A DNA stretch of 64,000 nt from an uncultured Thermoleophilia bacterium (GTDB taxonomy: Bacteria; Actinomycetota; Thermoleophilia; UBA2241). The position numbers and the translations under genes are program-made. The stretch spans positions 710,905 through 774,904 of the forward strand of contig CAVQVW010000004.1 of NCBI GenBank assembly GCA_963717285.1, written 5' to 3'. Below, piece by piece: positions 39,993-50,989 of the stretch; position 1 is the stretch's first letter; every line of letters begins with the position of its first letter. A model generated the notes under the pieces. It had not been told where the DNA came from and searched no databases. It saw only the letters and a program-made list of their open reading frames with translations.

Positions 39993-40290
39993 TCAGCGCA
40001 CCGTCATCGTGTTTCTGTAGCTGCTGTAGGCACCGGCCCAGGTAGAGGTGTGGCTCGTGTAGGCCTTGAGGCGATACTTGGCCTTGGTGGTCAGGCGGAT
40101 CCGCGCCTTGTACTTGATGTAGCTTGAGTAGTCGGAGTTCACGGCGGAGTAGGTGCGGATGTAGTTCCGCTTGCCACTCTTGTAGCGGTAGAGCTTGACC
40201 TTGACCGTCTTCGCACCGGCCGGGAAGCGTGGCTTCAGGTAGCTCCAGGCGCTGAAGGTAGTGCCGGCCCGCACGCTCGTCGGGGCCTGA
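39993..40290 (-). pseudogene. C-terminal fragment of a K/Y/S/T-rich secreted-protein-like ORF in a locally lower-GC patch
   Basis: ...KVKLYRYKSGKRNYIRTYSAVNSDYSSYIKYKARIRL... GC is about 57% here against about 68% in the flanks. Confidence 0.25.
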
Positions 40291-40410
40291 GCACTCCGCC
40301 CGGTAGAATCGCTCCTGACGGCGCGTTCGCCCGGTGTTCCTTGTTCACGGACCCGCCGATCTCGCCTGGCGGGTCGCATGCTCAGAGAGCGACGGAGGAG
40401 GGAGTGCCGC

Positions 40411-41052
40411 ATGGCTGGGTTCGACGAGATCAAGAAGGCCGGCAGTGCCGCAGGCAGTGTCGTCACCGAGGGCGCGGCGAAGGTGGTCAAGCTCTCACAG
40501 GCGGAGATCGAGAAGCACAGGCTCAAGTCCCTGCGAGTGTACGTAGCCAGCCTACAGCAGGAGATGGGCGCCCTGGCCTACGAGCTCGTGGAGCGCGGTG
40601 AGCTCTCGCATCCGGATCTGGAGGCCAGCCAGACGACGATCAGTGAGGCTTTGGCCCTGGTGGCCGAGAAGGAGGCCGAGATCGCCGCCCTGAAGGCAGA
40701 GGGGGGGCGCGGCGAGGAGATCGCCGCGGAAGAGACCGCCGAGGAGGTCGGCAGGGGAGACGGCGCGAGCGCCAGAGACGCCTACGTGGAGAAGCTCAAG
40801 GTACAGCTCGGCGAGTGGAGCGCCGACATCGAGAAGCTGAAGGCAGGGGCGAGTCGCGTCTCGGCGGAGGCCAAGGTCGACTATGAGGAACAGGTCGCGG
40901 GGCTGCGCAAGCAACGCGACTCCCTGGCGTCAAAGGTCACCGATCTTCAGGAAGCGAGTGACGAAGCCTGGGACGAACTCAAGCAGGCAGTGCAGGTAGC
41001 GTGGGATCGTGCCAGGGAGAGCTTCCAGAAGGCCATGTCGCGCTTCGGATAA
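40411..41052 (+). CDS. coiled-coil protein (PspA/phasin-like), hypothetical
   Basis: 213 aa, heptad-rich, Ala/Glu/Lys-rich. Confidence 0.45.
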   Translation: MAGFDEIKKAGSAAGSVVTEGAAKVVKLSQAEIEKHRLKSLRVYVASLQQEMGALAYELVERGELSHPDLEASQTTISEALALVAEKEAEIAALKAEGGRGEEIAAEETAEEVGRGDGASARDAYVEKLKVQLGEWSADIEKLKAGASRVSAEAKVDYEEQVAGLRKQRDSLASKVTDLQEASDEAWDELKQAVQVAWDRARESFQKAMSRFG

Positions 41053-41381
41053 GGGGAGCGGCTCGGCGTGCGCTGCGCCGGCGCCGGAGACCCTTGCATG
41101 GCCGCGGTGCGCCCCAATGCCATGTCTGCGACCTCTCACGGGAATCGGCTCTCGCACCGCAGTGGGGAGTGGCGGAACGCACGGGGGCAGGTCAGCGACT
41201 CCCCGTGCAGCGGCTTCTCATGGGTCAGCGGTCAACAAGGACTCCGCTCAGCAGCGCCGCAAGCCCCGTCTCGAAGCCCCGCTCGAACTCGTCCCAGTCG
41301 GGCGCGCCCGCCAACTGCGGCGCAGCGTGGAGTTGCGGCGTTCGCGTCCGTGACAGCGCGCTCGTTCTTTGCCGCCCTCGC

Positions 41382-42173
41382 CTAGGGAGCGGAGGGAGAC
41401 TCGAGAGCCGACGGTGACTCAGCTGCTGGCGCTGAGGCACTGGGCGATGGACTCCCTTCCGCGTCGGTCGGCACTAGCTCCGCCACGCGGCGCAACGGCA
41501 TGGAGATGCTTGTCTGGTCGGCACCGACGATGCTCAGGGTGGCCATGTCAGGGGTGTCACCCAGCGTCAGTGTCGCCTCGAAGGGGCCGCTCGGCCCGCC
41601 GCCGAAGGAGAACTGCGAGGGCATCGTGAACTGCAGCTGCCGTCCGTCGGCGCTCTGCGTGGCCGGCACGCTCTCTCCCGGCCGCAAGGCGCCGTCGTAG
41701 AAGATCACGTCGTAGGCGCCGGCGCTGCCCCCGATGACCAGCCCCCCGGCCACTCCGTCGATGCGGCCCCAGGCCCCCGTCCAGGCGACGGGTGAGGGCG
41801 ACGGTGACGCAACTGGCGCCGTCTCTTCGCCACGTGTCAGGAAGAACCAGGCAGCGAGAGCAGCGAGCAGAAGCGCGACCACGATGATCAAGAGCCAAAG
41901 GATCCAACTGGAGTTGCGCTTGGGCTGCGCCATGCTCAGTGTGGGTCGCGGCTGCTGCGGTGGCGCTGCCGGCGGCGTCCCACCAGCCGCAGCAGCCGCG
42001 GGCTTCGTCGACGCGCCCGCCGCGCTGTTCTCCGCCTCAGTCGAGGCCTCCTTCTTCGATGGGCCGGCGACCTGGGTCGGCTCCTCGCCCTCGGCAGGCC
42101 CTTCGCCCGACGACGTCTCGCCGGTTTCTCCTTCCGGCGTTGCGTCCGGAGCGTTGCCCTCGGTCTCGTCCAT
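41382..42173 (-). CDS. hypothetical single-pass membrane protein (acidic disordered N-terminus, TM helix, Pro/Ser linker, conserved ~110-aa C-terminal domain)
   Basis: Paralogous to 42373-43243. Shared C-terminal WTGAWGRIDG...YDVIFYDGALRPG...TLTLGD. Confidence 0.5.
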   Translation of the reverse strand: MDETEGNAPDATPEGETGETSSGEGPAEGEEPTQVAGPSKKEASTEAENSAAGASTKPAAAAAGGTPPAAPPQQPRPTLSMAQPKRNSSWILWLLIIVVALLLAALAAWFFLTRGEETAPVASPSPSPVAWTGAWGRIDGVAGGLVIGGSAGAYDVIFYDGALRPGESVPATQSADGRQLQFTMPSQFSFGGGPSGPFEATLTLGDTPDMATLSIVGADQTSISMPLRRVAELVPTDAEGSPSPSASAPAAESPSALESPSAP

Positions 42174-42372
42174 GATTCTCTCCCGTTCGGCGCAGCACAG
42201 TCATCCGCTGCCTGCATTTGTCCCCTGTCTCAGTGTCGCTGTCAATACCTTATTCGCGAGAGTGGCTATCGGTCATCGTTGGGAGCTGCTCTCTTCTGAC
42301 GTGGGCGCCCCCGTGCGCCAGCGGTCTGCGAGGAGCATTGGCCGATGAACTTGGGTCTGAGTGCGCCAGCGC

Positions 42373-43243
42373 CTACGCGGGTACGCGGCGATACGGGATG
42401 AGTGCGGTCGTCCGGTCGGCGGCGGTGACGCGAAGGATGGCGGTGTCGGGGTCATCGCCCAGCGTCAGCGTCGCCGCGAAGGGGCCGCCCGGCCCGCTGA
42501 TCGAGAACTGCGAGGGCATCGTGAACAGTAGCTGTTGTCCGTCGGCGCTCCGCGTGGCCGGCACGCTAGCCCCGAGCCGCAGGGCGCCGTCGTAGAAGGT
42601 CACGTCGTAGGCGTCGGTGCTGCCGGCGACGACCAGCCCGCCGCCGATTCCGTCGACGCGGCCCCAGGCTCCCGCCCAGGTGACGGTTGAGGGCAGTGGT
42701 GACGGCGAGAGTGAGGGCAGGGGCGAGGAGAAGGGCAAGGGTGAGGAGGAGGGCAGGGGCGAGGCAGAGGGCGAAGGCAGGGAGAGGGTGACGGCGAGAA
42801 CGAGGGCAGGGGCGACGGCAAAGCTGCGGGCGAGGCCACCGGCGCCACGCTTCTTCCTGGCGCAGGAAGGAGAACCAGGCAGCCGCGGCGGCCACGAGCA
42901 CGACGACGATGGCGACCACGAGCCACCAGCTCCTGGTAGCCTGCAGCAGCACGGCCAGCAGCAGTCCCAGGAGCAGCCCAAGCAGGGCAGCGCTGAGGAC
43001 GACCCAGGCCAAGAAGATCGACGAGTCGCCGAACACCCAGTCCACGCGGACGGCACTGCGGTTGACGACGCTGATGGTGATGAGGACGGCAAGAATTGCC
43101 GCAGCGGCGATTGCGGCGATTGCGGCGAGGACGAAGCTCACATGCTGGGCGCTCTGCCCGCCGGTCTTCCGCGTAACGATCTTGGGCTCAACGGCCGGCG
43201 AGTCGGGTGCCGGGGTCTTGGACTGATCCTCGTCGGGACTCAT
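42373..43243 (-). CDS. paralog of 41382-42173 with a frameshift inside a low-complexity GAGGGCAGGGGCGAG-type tandem-repeat linker (about 42690-42900)
   Basis: N-terminal part is read in the 42566-43243 frame and the C-terminal domain in the 42373-43092 frame. Confidence 0.45.
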
Positions 43244-43667
43244 GTGGTCTCACTCCCTTTCTCGCCTGGGGGCCGGCAACGGGCGCGGCCGCCTGGCTTG
43301 AACCGCGCTGCGCTACGGGAAGCGTGGCGCCTTGCTCGCCTCATCAGCGTTTATGAGCTACGCCGGTGCTTCTGTCAACGACCAGATCGCGCTCTAGGTG
43401 GCACACCCCGGTTCTAAATCGGCAGAACCGCTCGGAAGCCATAGCGCCCGAGTCCGCTGATCGTACGAATCAGGCTTCTCCTGAGGAGCTGCGCCGTCGT
43501 GACCGCACCCCATTCATCGGTCCACTTCCTATGCTAGTCCCAGGGCCACCTCCCGCATAGGTGCCGGCGAGGTGGAGTCGGAGGGCGTGAGGCCCGGGAA
43601 GACGCTCGTCCATGGAGTCGCTGGGCGTCCCGTTCGCTCCCATCCAAGTGCGGCGATTTGGGTTGCA

Positions 43668-44993
43668 TCAGTGTCAGTCTGAGTCCGTTGGGATTCCCGA
43701 CTTGGTCGGGTAACCTGCGGCGTGGCGGCGGGGTGACCCATTGGGTTGCTGTCGCCCGACGGGGCTGACCAACATTCGTTGTGTCCCCCGCCGCCTGCCG
43801 CGAGGTTCGCCGGCGTGACCTGATAGGAGCCTGGCTAGAGGCCCCCACTGAGGCGTGTCCGCCGACGGTCCCTCGCTTCGGAGACTGCGTCCGAAAGGGG
43901 ACAGCTCATGATGGTACTCGGCGTCGACCCGCACAAGAACAGCCACACCGTCGTCGCCCTCGAGGCCGCCACCGGCGAGGTGCGCGGCGAGCTCACCGTG
44001 ACGGCCGACCAGCGCGGAAGCGAGCGGCTCCTCGCCTGGGCCCGCTCACTCGGCTCCGAGCGCCGCTTCGCCCTCGAGGACTGCCGCCACGTCTCGGGGC
44101 GCCTCGAGCGCTTCCTCATCGCCGCCGGCGAGGGCTGCGTGCGCGTGCCGCCCAAGCTCATGGCGCAGGTGCGGCGCAGCGCTCGCAGCCGCGGCAAGAG
44201 CGACGCGATCGACGCCGCGGCGATCGCCCGAGCCGCCCTGCGCGAGCCCGGCCTGCCCGAGGCTCGTCTCGATGGCCCCGAGCGTGAGCTGCGCCTGCTC
44301 GCCGACCACCGCGACGACCTGGTCGCCGAGCGCACCCGCATCCAGAGCCGCCTGCGCTGGCATCTGCACGATCTGGCGCTCGACCTTGCGGTGCCGCCCA
44401 AGGCGCTCGATCGCGCCTGCTGGCTCGCGCGCCTGGAAGAGGCTCTCGCCCCGCTCGACGGCGTGCAGGCACGCGTCGCCTGTGAGCTGACGCGCCGCTG
44501 CCGCACGCTCTCGGCGGAGATCGCCGCCCTCGGACGCGAGATCTCAAGGCGCGCCGCCGAACTCGCGCCCGAACTCCTCGCGCTGCCCGGCTGCGGCGCC
44601 CTCACGGCCGCCCGCCTGCTCGGTGAGACGGCCGGCGCCCTGCGCTTCGCCATGCACGCCGGCGTCGCACCCCTGCCGGTCTCGAGCGGCCGGAGCGACC
44701 GCTACCGGCTGAACCGCCGTGGCAACCGTCGCCTGAACGCCGCCCTGCACCGCATCGCCATCACGCAGCTGCGCTGCCATGAGCCGGCGAAGCTCTACAT
44801 GGCTCGCAAGCGCACGGAGGGCAAGAGCACGCGCGAGGGGCTGCGCTGCCTCAAGCGCCACTTGGCGCGCACCGTCTGGCAGGCGATGCGCAGCGCCGAG
44901 GTGCGGCGCGGGGCCGCACCGACAGATGCTGGCCCCGCGACCCGGCCAGACCTGGCCCTGGCGAGCTGAGGAGTTGACATAGGAGCAACTGAT
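43668..44993 (+). mobile_element. IS110-family insertion sequence inserted within an A-type iteron module (GGTTGCA on both flanks)
   Basis: The left flank ...GGCGATTTGGGTTGCA and right flank GGTTGCAGACGGTCGCAGCGGGG reconstitute an A' module. Confidence 0.55.
43908..44969 (+). CDS. IS110-family transposase (DEDD-type), intact
   Basis: MMVLGVDPHKNSHTVVAL N-terminus and IS116/IS110/IS902-type C-terminus. 353 aa. Confidence 0.85.
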   Translation: MMVLGVDPHKNSHTVVALEAATGEVRGELTVTADQRGSERLLAWARSLGSERRFALEDCRHVSGRLERFLIAAGEGCVRVPPKLMAQVRRSARSRGKSDAIDAAAIARAALREPGLPEARLDGPERELRLLADHRDDLVAERTRIQSRLRWHLHDLALDLAVPPKALDRACWLARLEEALAPLDGVQARVACELTRRCRTLSAEIAALGREISRRAAELAPELLALPGCGALTAARLLGETAGALRFAMHAGVAPLPVSSGRSDRYRLNRRGNRRLNAALHRIAITQLRCHEPAKLYMARKRTEGKSTREGLRCLKRHLARTVWQAMRSAEVRRGAAPTDAGPATRPDLALAS

Positions 44994-45681
44994 GGTTGCA
45001 GACGGTCGCAGCGGGGTCCTCCGGAGGGCGCACAGAGCCCGATTCAGGCACGAATCGGTGGTGGGCCGCAGGGGAGTCGAACCGCTGACCTCCGCCGTGC
45101 AAGCCCAGCGAGTATTCTGCTAGTAGGTGCCGGGAAGGGCCGCCAAGTGCTGTCTCACGCGTAGGCTGAGAGGTGGGAGTGCCGGCGAGTACCGCTCAGC
45201 ATCATCGCGTGACGCTAGGGTCGGTTGCAGGAAGGTTGCACGCGAGGCATATCGGCGCGGCCAACGCACACTACCCTCCGCCACCGGCAGTGCCGATAAT
45301 GGTCAGCGGGCAGACGACGATCCGGATGAGTGCATCCCTCCGGACTTGCGGTCCTGCTGGTTCGCACACGTCTCCGACGCTACGGGAGGTATCTCTCTCT
45401 GCGCTGGGAGATCTCCGGGGTCATGTCGATCTTCAGATATGGCCGGCGGTAGGGAAGAGGTTCTCGTCTATCGTGCGACGTCGGGCGGTTTCTCGTCAGA
45501 CGTCGTCCCTTGCGTCGCTTGGCGATACTCTCCTCGGGGCGGTAGGTCTTGCCTGGCATGACGTGCTGCCTGATCGGTCGAGAGACCCTACAGTGAAGTT
45601 GGACCGATTTCAGGGGTGCAGGTCACCTTCTCGAACTGCGGCGGCACGGTCGGCTCCAAACGTTCGGGCTTCGCTGTGGTT

Positions 45682-46754
45682 TCAGAGCGCCGCCTCGGGC
45701 CGGCCGTCGATCCACTCGAGCAGCGCTGGCAGGCCGCGGTCGAGCTGCCAACCCGGGTGCCAGGACAGTTCCGCCGTCGCCGGCTCGATGTCACAACTGG
45801 CTGCGCGCACGTCCCCGTCGCGGAACTTAGCGACCACGGTCGGCTCGGGGGCGTCGCAGAGGGTAGCCAATCGGCGGGCGAGGTCATGGATGGTGGTTGC
45901 GACGCCGGAGCCAATGTCGAGGAGGCGTGGCTGCGGCGCAGGCTTTCTACAGCGGCGGCCAGCGCGTCGACGACGTCCTCGATGAACACGAAGTCGCGCA
46001 CGATCCGACCGTCCTCGTAGACCTCCAGAGGGCGTCGCGCCCGGGCCAATCGCGCGAAGAGGGACACGATTCCGGTGTACGGGTTGGTCAGCGACTGACC
46101 CGGCCCGTAGACGTTCTGGAGGCGCAGGACGCTGAGAGCAGAGCCGTGCGCCGCCGCCCAGGCCAGAAGCATGTGCTCTTGGGCGAGCTTGGTGGCGGCG
46201 TAGATGCTGGTGGGGTGGGCCTCCGTCCGGCGCGACGAACTCGGAAGTGGCACCGCCGCTCCGCCGTCGGCCCCCCGGGGATCCCAGAGACCGGCGGCGA
46301 GCTGCGCGTGGGTACGCGGGCCGGGGGAGAAAGACGTCCTCCCGCTTCGCCACGCGCCCTCGCCGTAGACGGCCCGTGACGACGCCAGCACGAGCTGGTG
46401 CGGCACTAGTCCAGCCCGGGTCAGGGCGTCGAGAAGCTGAGTGGTTCCCACTACGTTGACCGAACCATGACGCGTCGCCTCGGAGAGCGATTGCCCGGTC
46501 CCTGTCTCGGCCGCCAGGTGGACGACCTGTTCTGGCCTGACCAACCGCAGCACGGCCTCCCAGTCAGGCGCATGGGTGACGTCGCCGGTGAGCAGCAGCA
46601 CCGACGCTGGAAGTCCGGCGGGACGCCCGAAAGCGTGGACCTGGGGGTGAAGGGCATCCATCACGGCGACCTCGTAGCCGGCCGTGACGAGGCGCCGGGC
46701 AAGCGCGCACCCTATGAATCCTGCCCCGCCGGTGATGAGAACGGATGTTGACAA
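45682..46754 (-). pseudogene. NAD-dependent epimerase/dehydratase (UDP-sugar 4-epimerase-like), frameshifted near 45930
   Basis: VLITGGAGFIG, YAATK and a C-terminal ...GDVRAASCDIEPATAELSWHP found in a second frame. TTG start after a GGGAGGAG ribosome-binding site. Confidence 0.6.
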
Positions 46755-46834
46755 GAGTCGAACTCCTCCCAGACGAGGCCGCTCGACCGACGCTCTATCG
46801 CGAGGGTCGGGGGCCCATCTGCCCGCGCACCGCA

Positions 46835-47590
46835 TCAACCAGCCCCTGAACGTAGGCGCGCGCAATCGTGTGTTTCCGGACTGCAGGATTCTCCATGCGT
46901 TGAAGGCCGCGTATACCGTAAGGAGGCCGACCACCCGCGAGGTCCTGCGACCGCCCCTTCGGTCTCAAGCGCGAATCGCAACGGATTCCGAGCGAGGTAG
47001 TAGGCCATGTTCTCCGAGAGGCCCAAGCTGCCGCGACGACCACCACTCGCACTGACGGCGTGCGCGCAGAGGACTTCGCCGAGGTAGCGACACCTCCAGC
47101 CGGCAGCTCGGGCTCGCTGGCACCACTCGGTCTCGTCGTAGTACATGAAGTAGTCTGCTCGAAACGGGCCGAGCGATCGCCAGGCGGCCGACGAGACCAA
47201 GGCGCAGCATGGCGACACGTAGCCGGTGTCAGACGTCGCCGGCAGGGTAGCTGCGGGCCGGCGCAGTGCGCGGTGGCGCGGGTAGGCGAACCAGTCGCTC
47301 ACCTCACCACCCGCGAACCAGAGCAGGTCTGGCCGATCGGCGAAGGTCACGGCCGGACCAACCACGGCGATGCGCTCCCCCGCCGTCGCTTCGGCCAAAC
47401 ATCGGTTCAGGCAATCCGGATCGACCGTGGCATCGTTGTTGAGGAGCAGGGTCCAATCGACGTCCTGCGCAAGGGCATACTCCATCCCCGCGTTGTTGGC
47501 CGCCGCGACGCCCGTGTTCTCCGGAGTTCAATCAGAACGGTGCCCTCCGGCGCGCCCATCCGCAATCGGACACGTGTTCGGCGGAAGACC
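46835..47590 (-). pseudogene. family-2 glycosyltransferase with at least two frameshifts around 47500-47540
   Basis: N-terminal VTVNWGSPRDTLAALRSL...IICVDNGSS, then PENTGVAAANNAG, LLNND and WCQRARAAGW, distributed over three frames. Confidence 0.55.
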
Positions 47591-48929
47591 CGTTGTCCAC
47601 GCAGATGATCAGATCGGGCGGCGTGGTCATGGACTCCAGACTGCGCAGCGCTGCCAGCGTGTCCCTTGGCGAACCCCAGTTCACGGTCACGCTCGCCGTC
47701 TTCACCCTGTCCCTGCCTCCTCGACCCGCGATCACCTCACGGAAGACTCGCTCCCACGCCGCCACAACCACATTCGCAGAGTAGGCCGCCGCTCTCTTGC
47801 GACCCGCGGCTCCCATTCTGGCACGCAGGAGGGGTTCTGCAAGGAGTGCTTGGATGGCGCTTCGCAGCGCCGAAGCGTCTCCCGGCGGCACAAGGATCCC
47901 AGTGATGCCGTCCACGACCAGATCGGCCAATCCCCCCACCGCCGACGCTACAACCGGCCGTCCTGCTGCCATCGCCTCCAGGGCGACCATACCAAAGGGC
48001 TCCGGCCACACCGACGGCACCACGGCCGCGATGCAGTGGCCCCAGGCGCGGAGCACGTCCTCGTGCGGGACCTCCTCGGCGACGATGACGCCGCGGGGAA
48101 GCGCCGGGCGTATCGGGCCGCCGTATCCCGGCCACCACCAGCGGTAGCTTGGGCTGGAGTCCGGCCCATGCCTCCAACAGGACGTCGAGGCCCTTGTGTG
48201 GACCGAGCGCACCCGCGAACATGAGGTAGTCGCCCTCAGACGGTACGAACGCAGGACGTCCCCCTTTGCAGCGTGAAACGCCTCGTCCGACACGAAGGGC
48301 GGGATCACTTCCATGGCTCCGGTGCCGCGCCCGATCAGCCCCGCCGACGCTCCGGCCGTGACATGGCTGTTTGCGACGTAGCGATCCACGCGGCCGCGCC
48401 ACGGCTTCATGCCTGTCAGGCCACTCGTGAGCGCCAGCGACCGCAGTGCGCCGTACTGCTCTTCGGCACAGCCAACACACTTCGCGTACTCTGGACCCAT
48501 GCACACGCCGCCCCGGTAGACGAAGGTGGTCTTGGGGCAGATGAAGCCTTGGTCATGAACCCAGACGACGAGTCGCGTCTCCGGCGAGGGCAGCAGCGGC
48601 AGAAGCGAGTAGAGCAGCCACGAGTGCGCATGCACGATCTGAGGTCGGGTCTCTCTCAGGAGCCTGCGAGCACGCGAACAAGGCCTGGATCCGGCAGCGT
48701 GGGATGAAACGGCTTCTCGGGGTCGGCGTAGAGGCGCCCGAGAACTCGGCTCCACCCGGCGACTCGATGCACCTTCACGGGACCGTCAAGCTCGGTGCGC
48801 GGGCCTCTCGGTCCAGCTAGCGACACGGCCTCGACTTCATGACCGCGGCGGACCAACTCATGCGAGAGCATCCGGACCATGAGGTCACGCCCTCCGATCA
48901 GCGGAGGGGGGTAGCAGTCAACAGCCTCA
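47590..48929 (-). pseudogene. family-4 glycosyltransferase with multiple frameshifts
   Basis: N-terminal MRILEAVDCYPPPLIGG, middle GDYLMFAGALGPHKGLDVLLEAW, and C-terminal EPFGMVALEAMAAGRPVVAS, distributed over three frames. Confidence 0.55.
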
Positions 48930-49144
48930 AGGATTCTCATCTCAGATCCGATCCGGCCTGACTTGGGTCGACTGGTGGCTGTCCCCGGGCGCCCTGCGCT
49001 CATGCTTGATCAGCTGGAGCGACACGGCGTTGAGCTGCGCCTCGACCATGCCGTCACGATGTGCCATGTGGGTGCAGCTTGGCTTGCCCTCGGCGGAGGT
49101 GGCAGGCCTCGGAGTTCGAACGCCCCCAGCAATGACCGCGGCGT

Positions 49145-50337
49145 TCATCGTCGCAGGCCCCATAGACGGGCCCGGCAGACCGTGTGCGAGTGATCGATCT
49201 GTTCCATCAACTGTCCATACATGGTGACTGTCCGGTCCCAGGAATGGGGGTCTCCGAATCGCCGTCCGCGCAGATCGGGAAGTCGGCGAAGAGCGTCTCG
49301 CAGCGCTACGGGGTCATGCGGGGGAACCAGGATGGCTCCCCCGTAGTCCGCGACGGCCGCCGGCAGGCCACCAACGGCCGTGATGACCAACGGCAGTCCG
49401 TTGCTCATCGCCACATGGGCGGGGGAACTGGCTGACGACCGGTGATACGGCAGGACGACCGCGTCGGCGCCAGCGAAGTGTGCGACTACCTCGTCATCGT
49501 CTACGAAATGGTTGACCAATGTAATCCGCGCGCGATGACGACTGCTCTGTATCAGCTTGATGGGCAGGTCCCAGCCCTCCCAGGTCTCTCCGACGACCGT
49601 CAGCCAGTACCGCTTCACTTCCTCGTCGTCGAGGATATCGAATGCCTCGGACGAGATCTTCGAGTCCTTTGTAGGGACGAATGATGCCGAAGAATAGGAG
49701 ATTGAGCGTGTCGGCGAGGGGCTGTGCGACGAACGAGTGGTGCTGGTCCGTTGTTCGGGTGTCTTGACGCGTGGTGATCCAAGGGCCCATGGGGAATGGC
49801 GACGCAAGGTCGGGCACGCAGCCGGTAGCGCTTCTCGAGCGGCTCTCGGTCAGCCTCCGAGTGGATTACGAAGGCCGACGCCAATCGGAAGAAGGGTCGC
49901 CCCAGTGTCCGCACCCATGCCCGCGCGATCCGGATTCGCTCTTCGCCGCTGTCGAGCACCTCGTGAAACTCGACGATGACGTGAGCTCCTTGAAGCCGGG
50001 CCATCAGGGCAATTACCAGGTAGGTGTGGAGCACTGTTCCCGTCCACCACTCGAAAATGACGAAGTCAGGCCTGAACCTCCTGAGGCTGCTCAAGTCCCG
50101 AGAGAGGTTCGGTACCCAGAACCAGTCGATGCCTTGCAGCACCTGCACGGCAGGGTCGTACCGCAGCCGAGTGCTCGTGGACCCAACGCGCGAGCGTCCG
50201 GGATAGAGGAAGGTGGGGATGAGCTGACGCATGGGGACAACGGCGACCGAGAACTGCCCGGCGAGTGCGTTGGTCAGTCGGATAGTGTAGTAGCTCATGG
50301 CGCTGAGGAAGCGGGTACCGGCACCGACGACCAGCAC
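49145..50337 (-). pseudogene. second family-4 glycosyltransferase with frameshifts
   Basis: N-terminal domain (49615-51063 frame), middle LLFFGIIRPYKGLEDLV (49494-49817 frame) and C-terminal ...LPLVITAVGGLPAAV (49145-49807 frame). Confidence 0.5.
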
Positions 50338-50414
50338 TCGCGGCGCCGTACTCTCCCGGTAGCCGGTCGCTGACGTTCTCAGAGGCTCACGATTGGAGCT
50401 TCGACAATGGGTCT

Positions 50415-50816
50415 TCAAGATCCGGCTCCTTTCGACGCACCCCCGTGGCCCCGTTGTCTGGATAGTAGCCGCCGCGAGCACGCATACACCGCCCAGCAGG
50501 AGAATATGACCGTGCAAGCTCCGAGCACGACTGCCAGTGACAGCCGGGAGAGCCCTATCGGCGTGGCCCCGAGAAGCACGGCCGCACTGATCGCCACCGC
50601 AAGACTCATGCCAACACTGGCGAGCAGGCGTTCCCCGCGGGAGAACTTGCCGCTCAGGAAGCACGGAACAGACAAGAGCGAACCCGGGCAAACGAAAACG
50701 ATCAACACCCCAAGCGCGATTCGCGCCGCCTGGGGGACCGCGACGTAGGCCGTCGCCACGGTCAGAAGGCCGACGAGGCAGGAGCCGACGAGTAGAACAA
50801 TGCGTTCCCGCTTCAT
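50415..50816 (-). CDS. hypothetical membrane protein
   Basis: The start is MKRERIVLLVGSCLVGLL, followed by 3-4 TM helices. Confidence 0.35.
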   Translation of the reverse strand: MKRERIVLLVGSCLVGLLTVATAYVAVPQAARIALGVLIVFVCPGSLLSVPCFLSGKFSRGERLLASVGMSLAVAISAAVLLGATPIGLSRLSLAVVLGACTVIFSCWAVYACSRRLLSRQRGHGGASKGAGS

Positions 50817-50989
50817 GGTGACGACCCGCCAATGGTCTTGGGCGACGCTGCCGGCGCGGGACGCAAGACCCGTTTTCGATTCGCGATACATCGAAGATCT
50901 TGGACGGCCCCAGAATCGTAGACCAAATGGATGCACGGGGTGGAAGCGAACTTCTCCAACGCCGCCGCCGGGAACACTTGCCGGTATTC

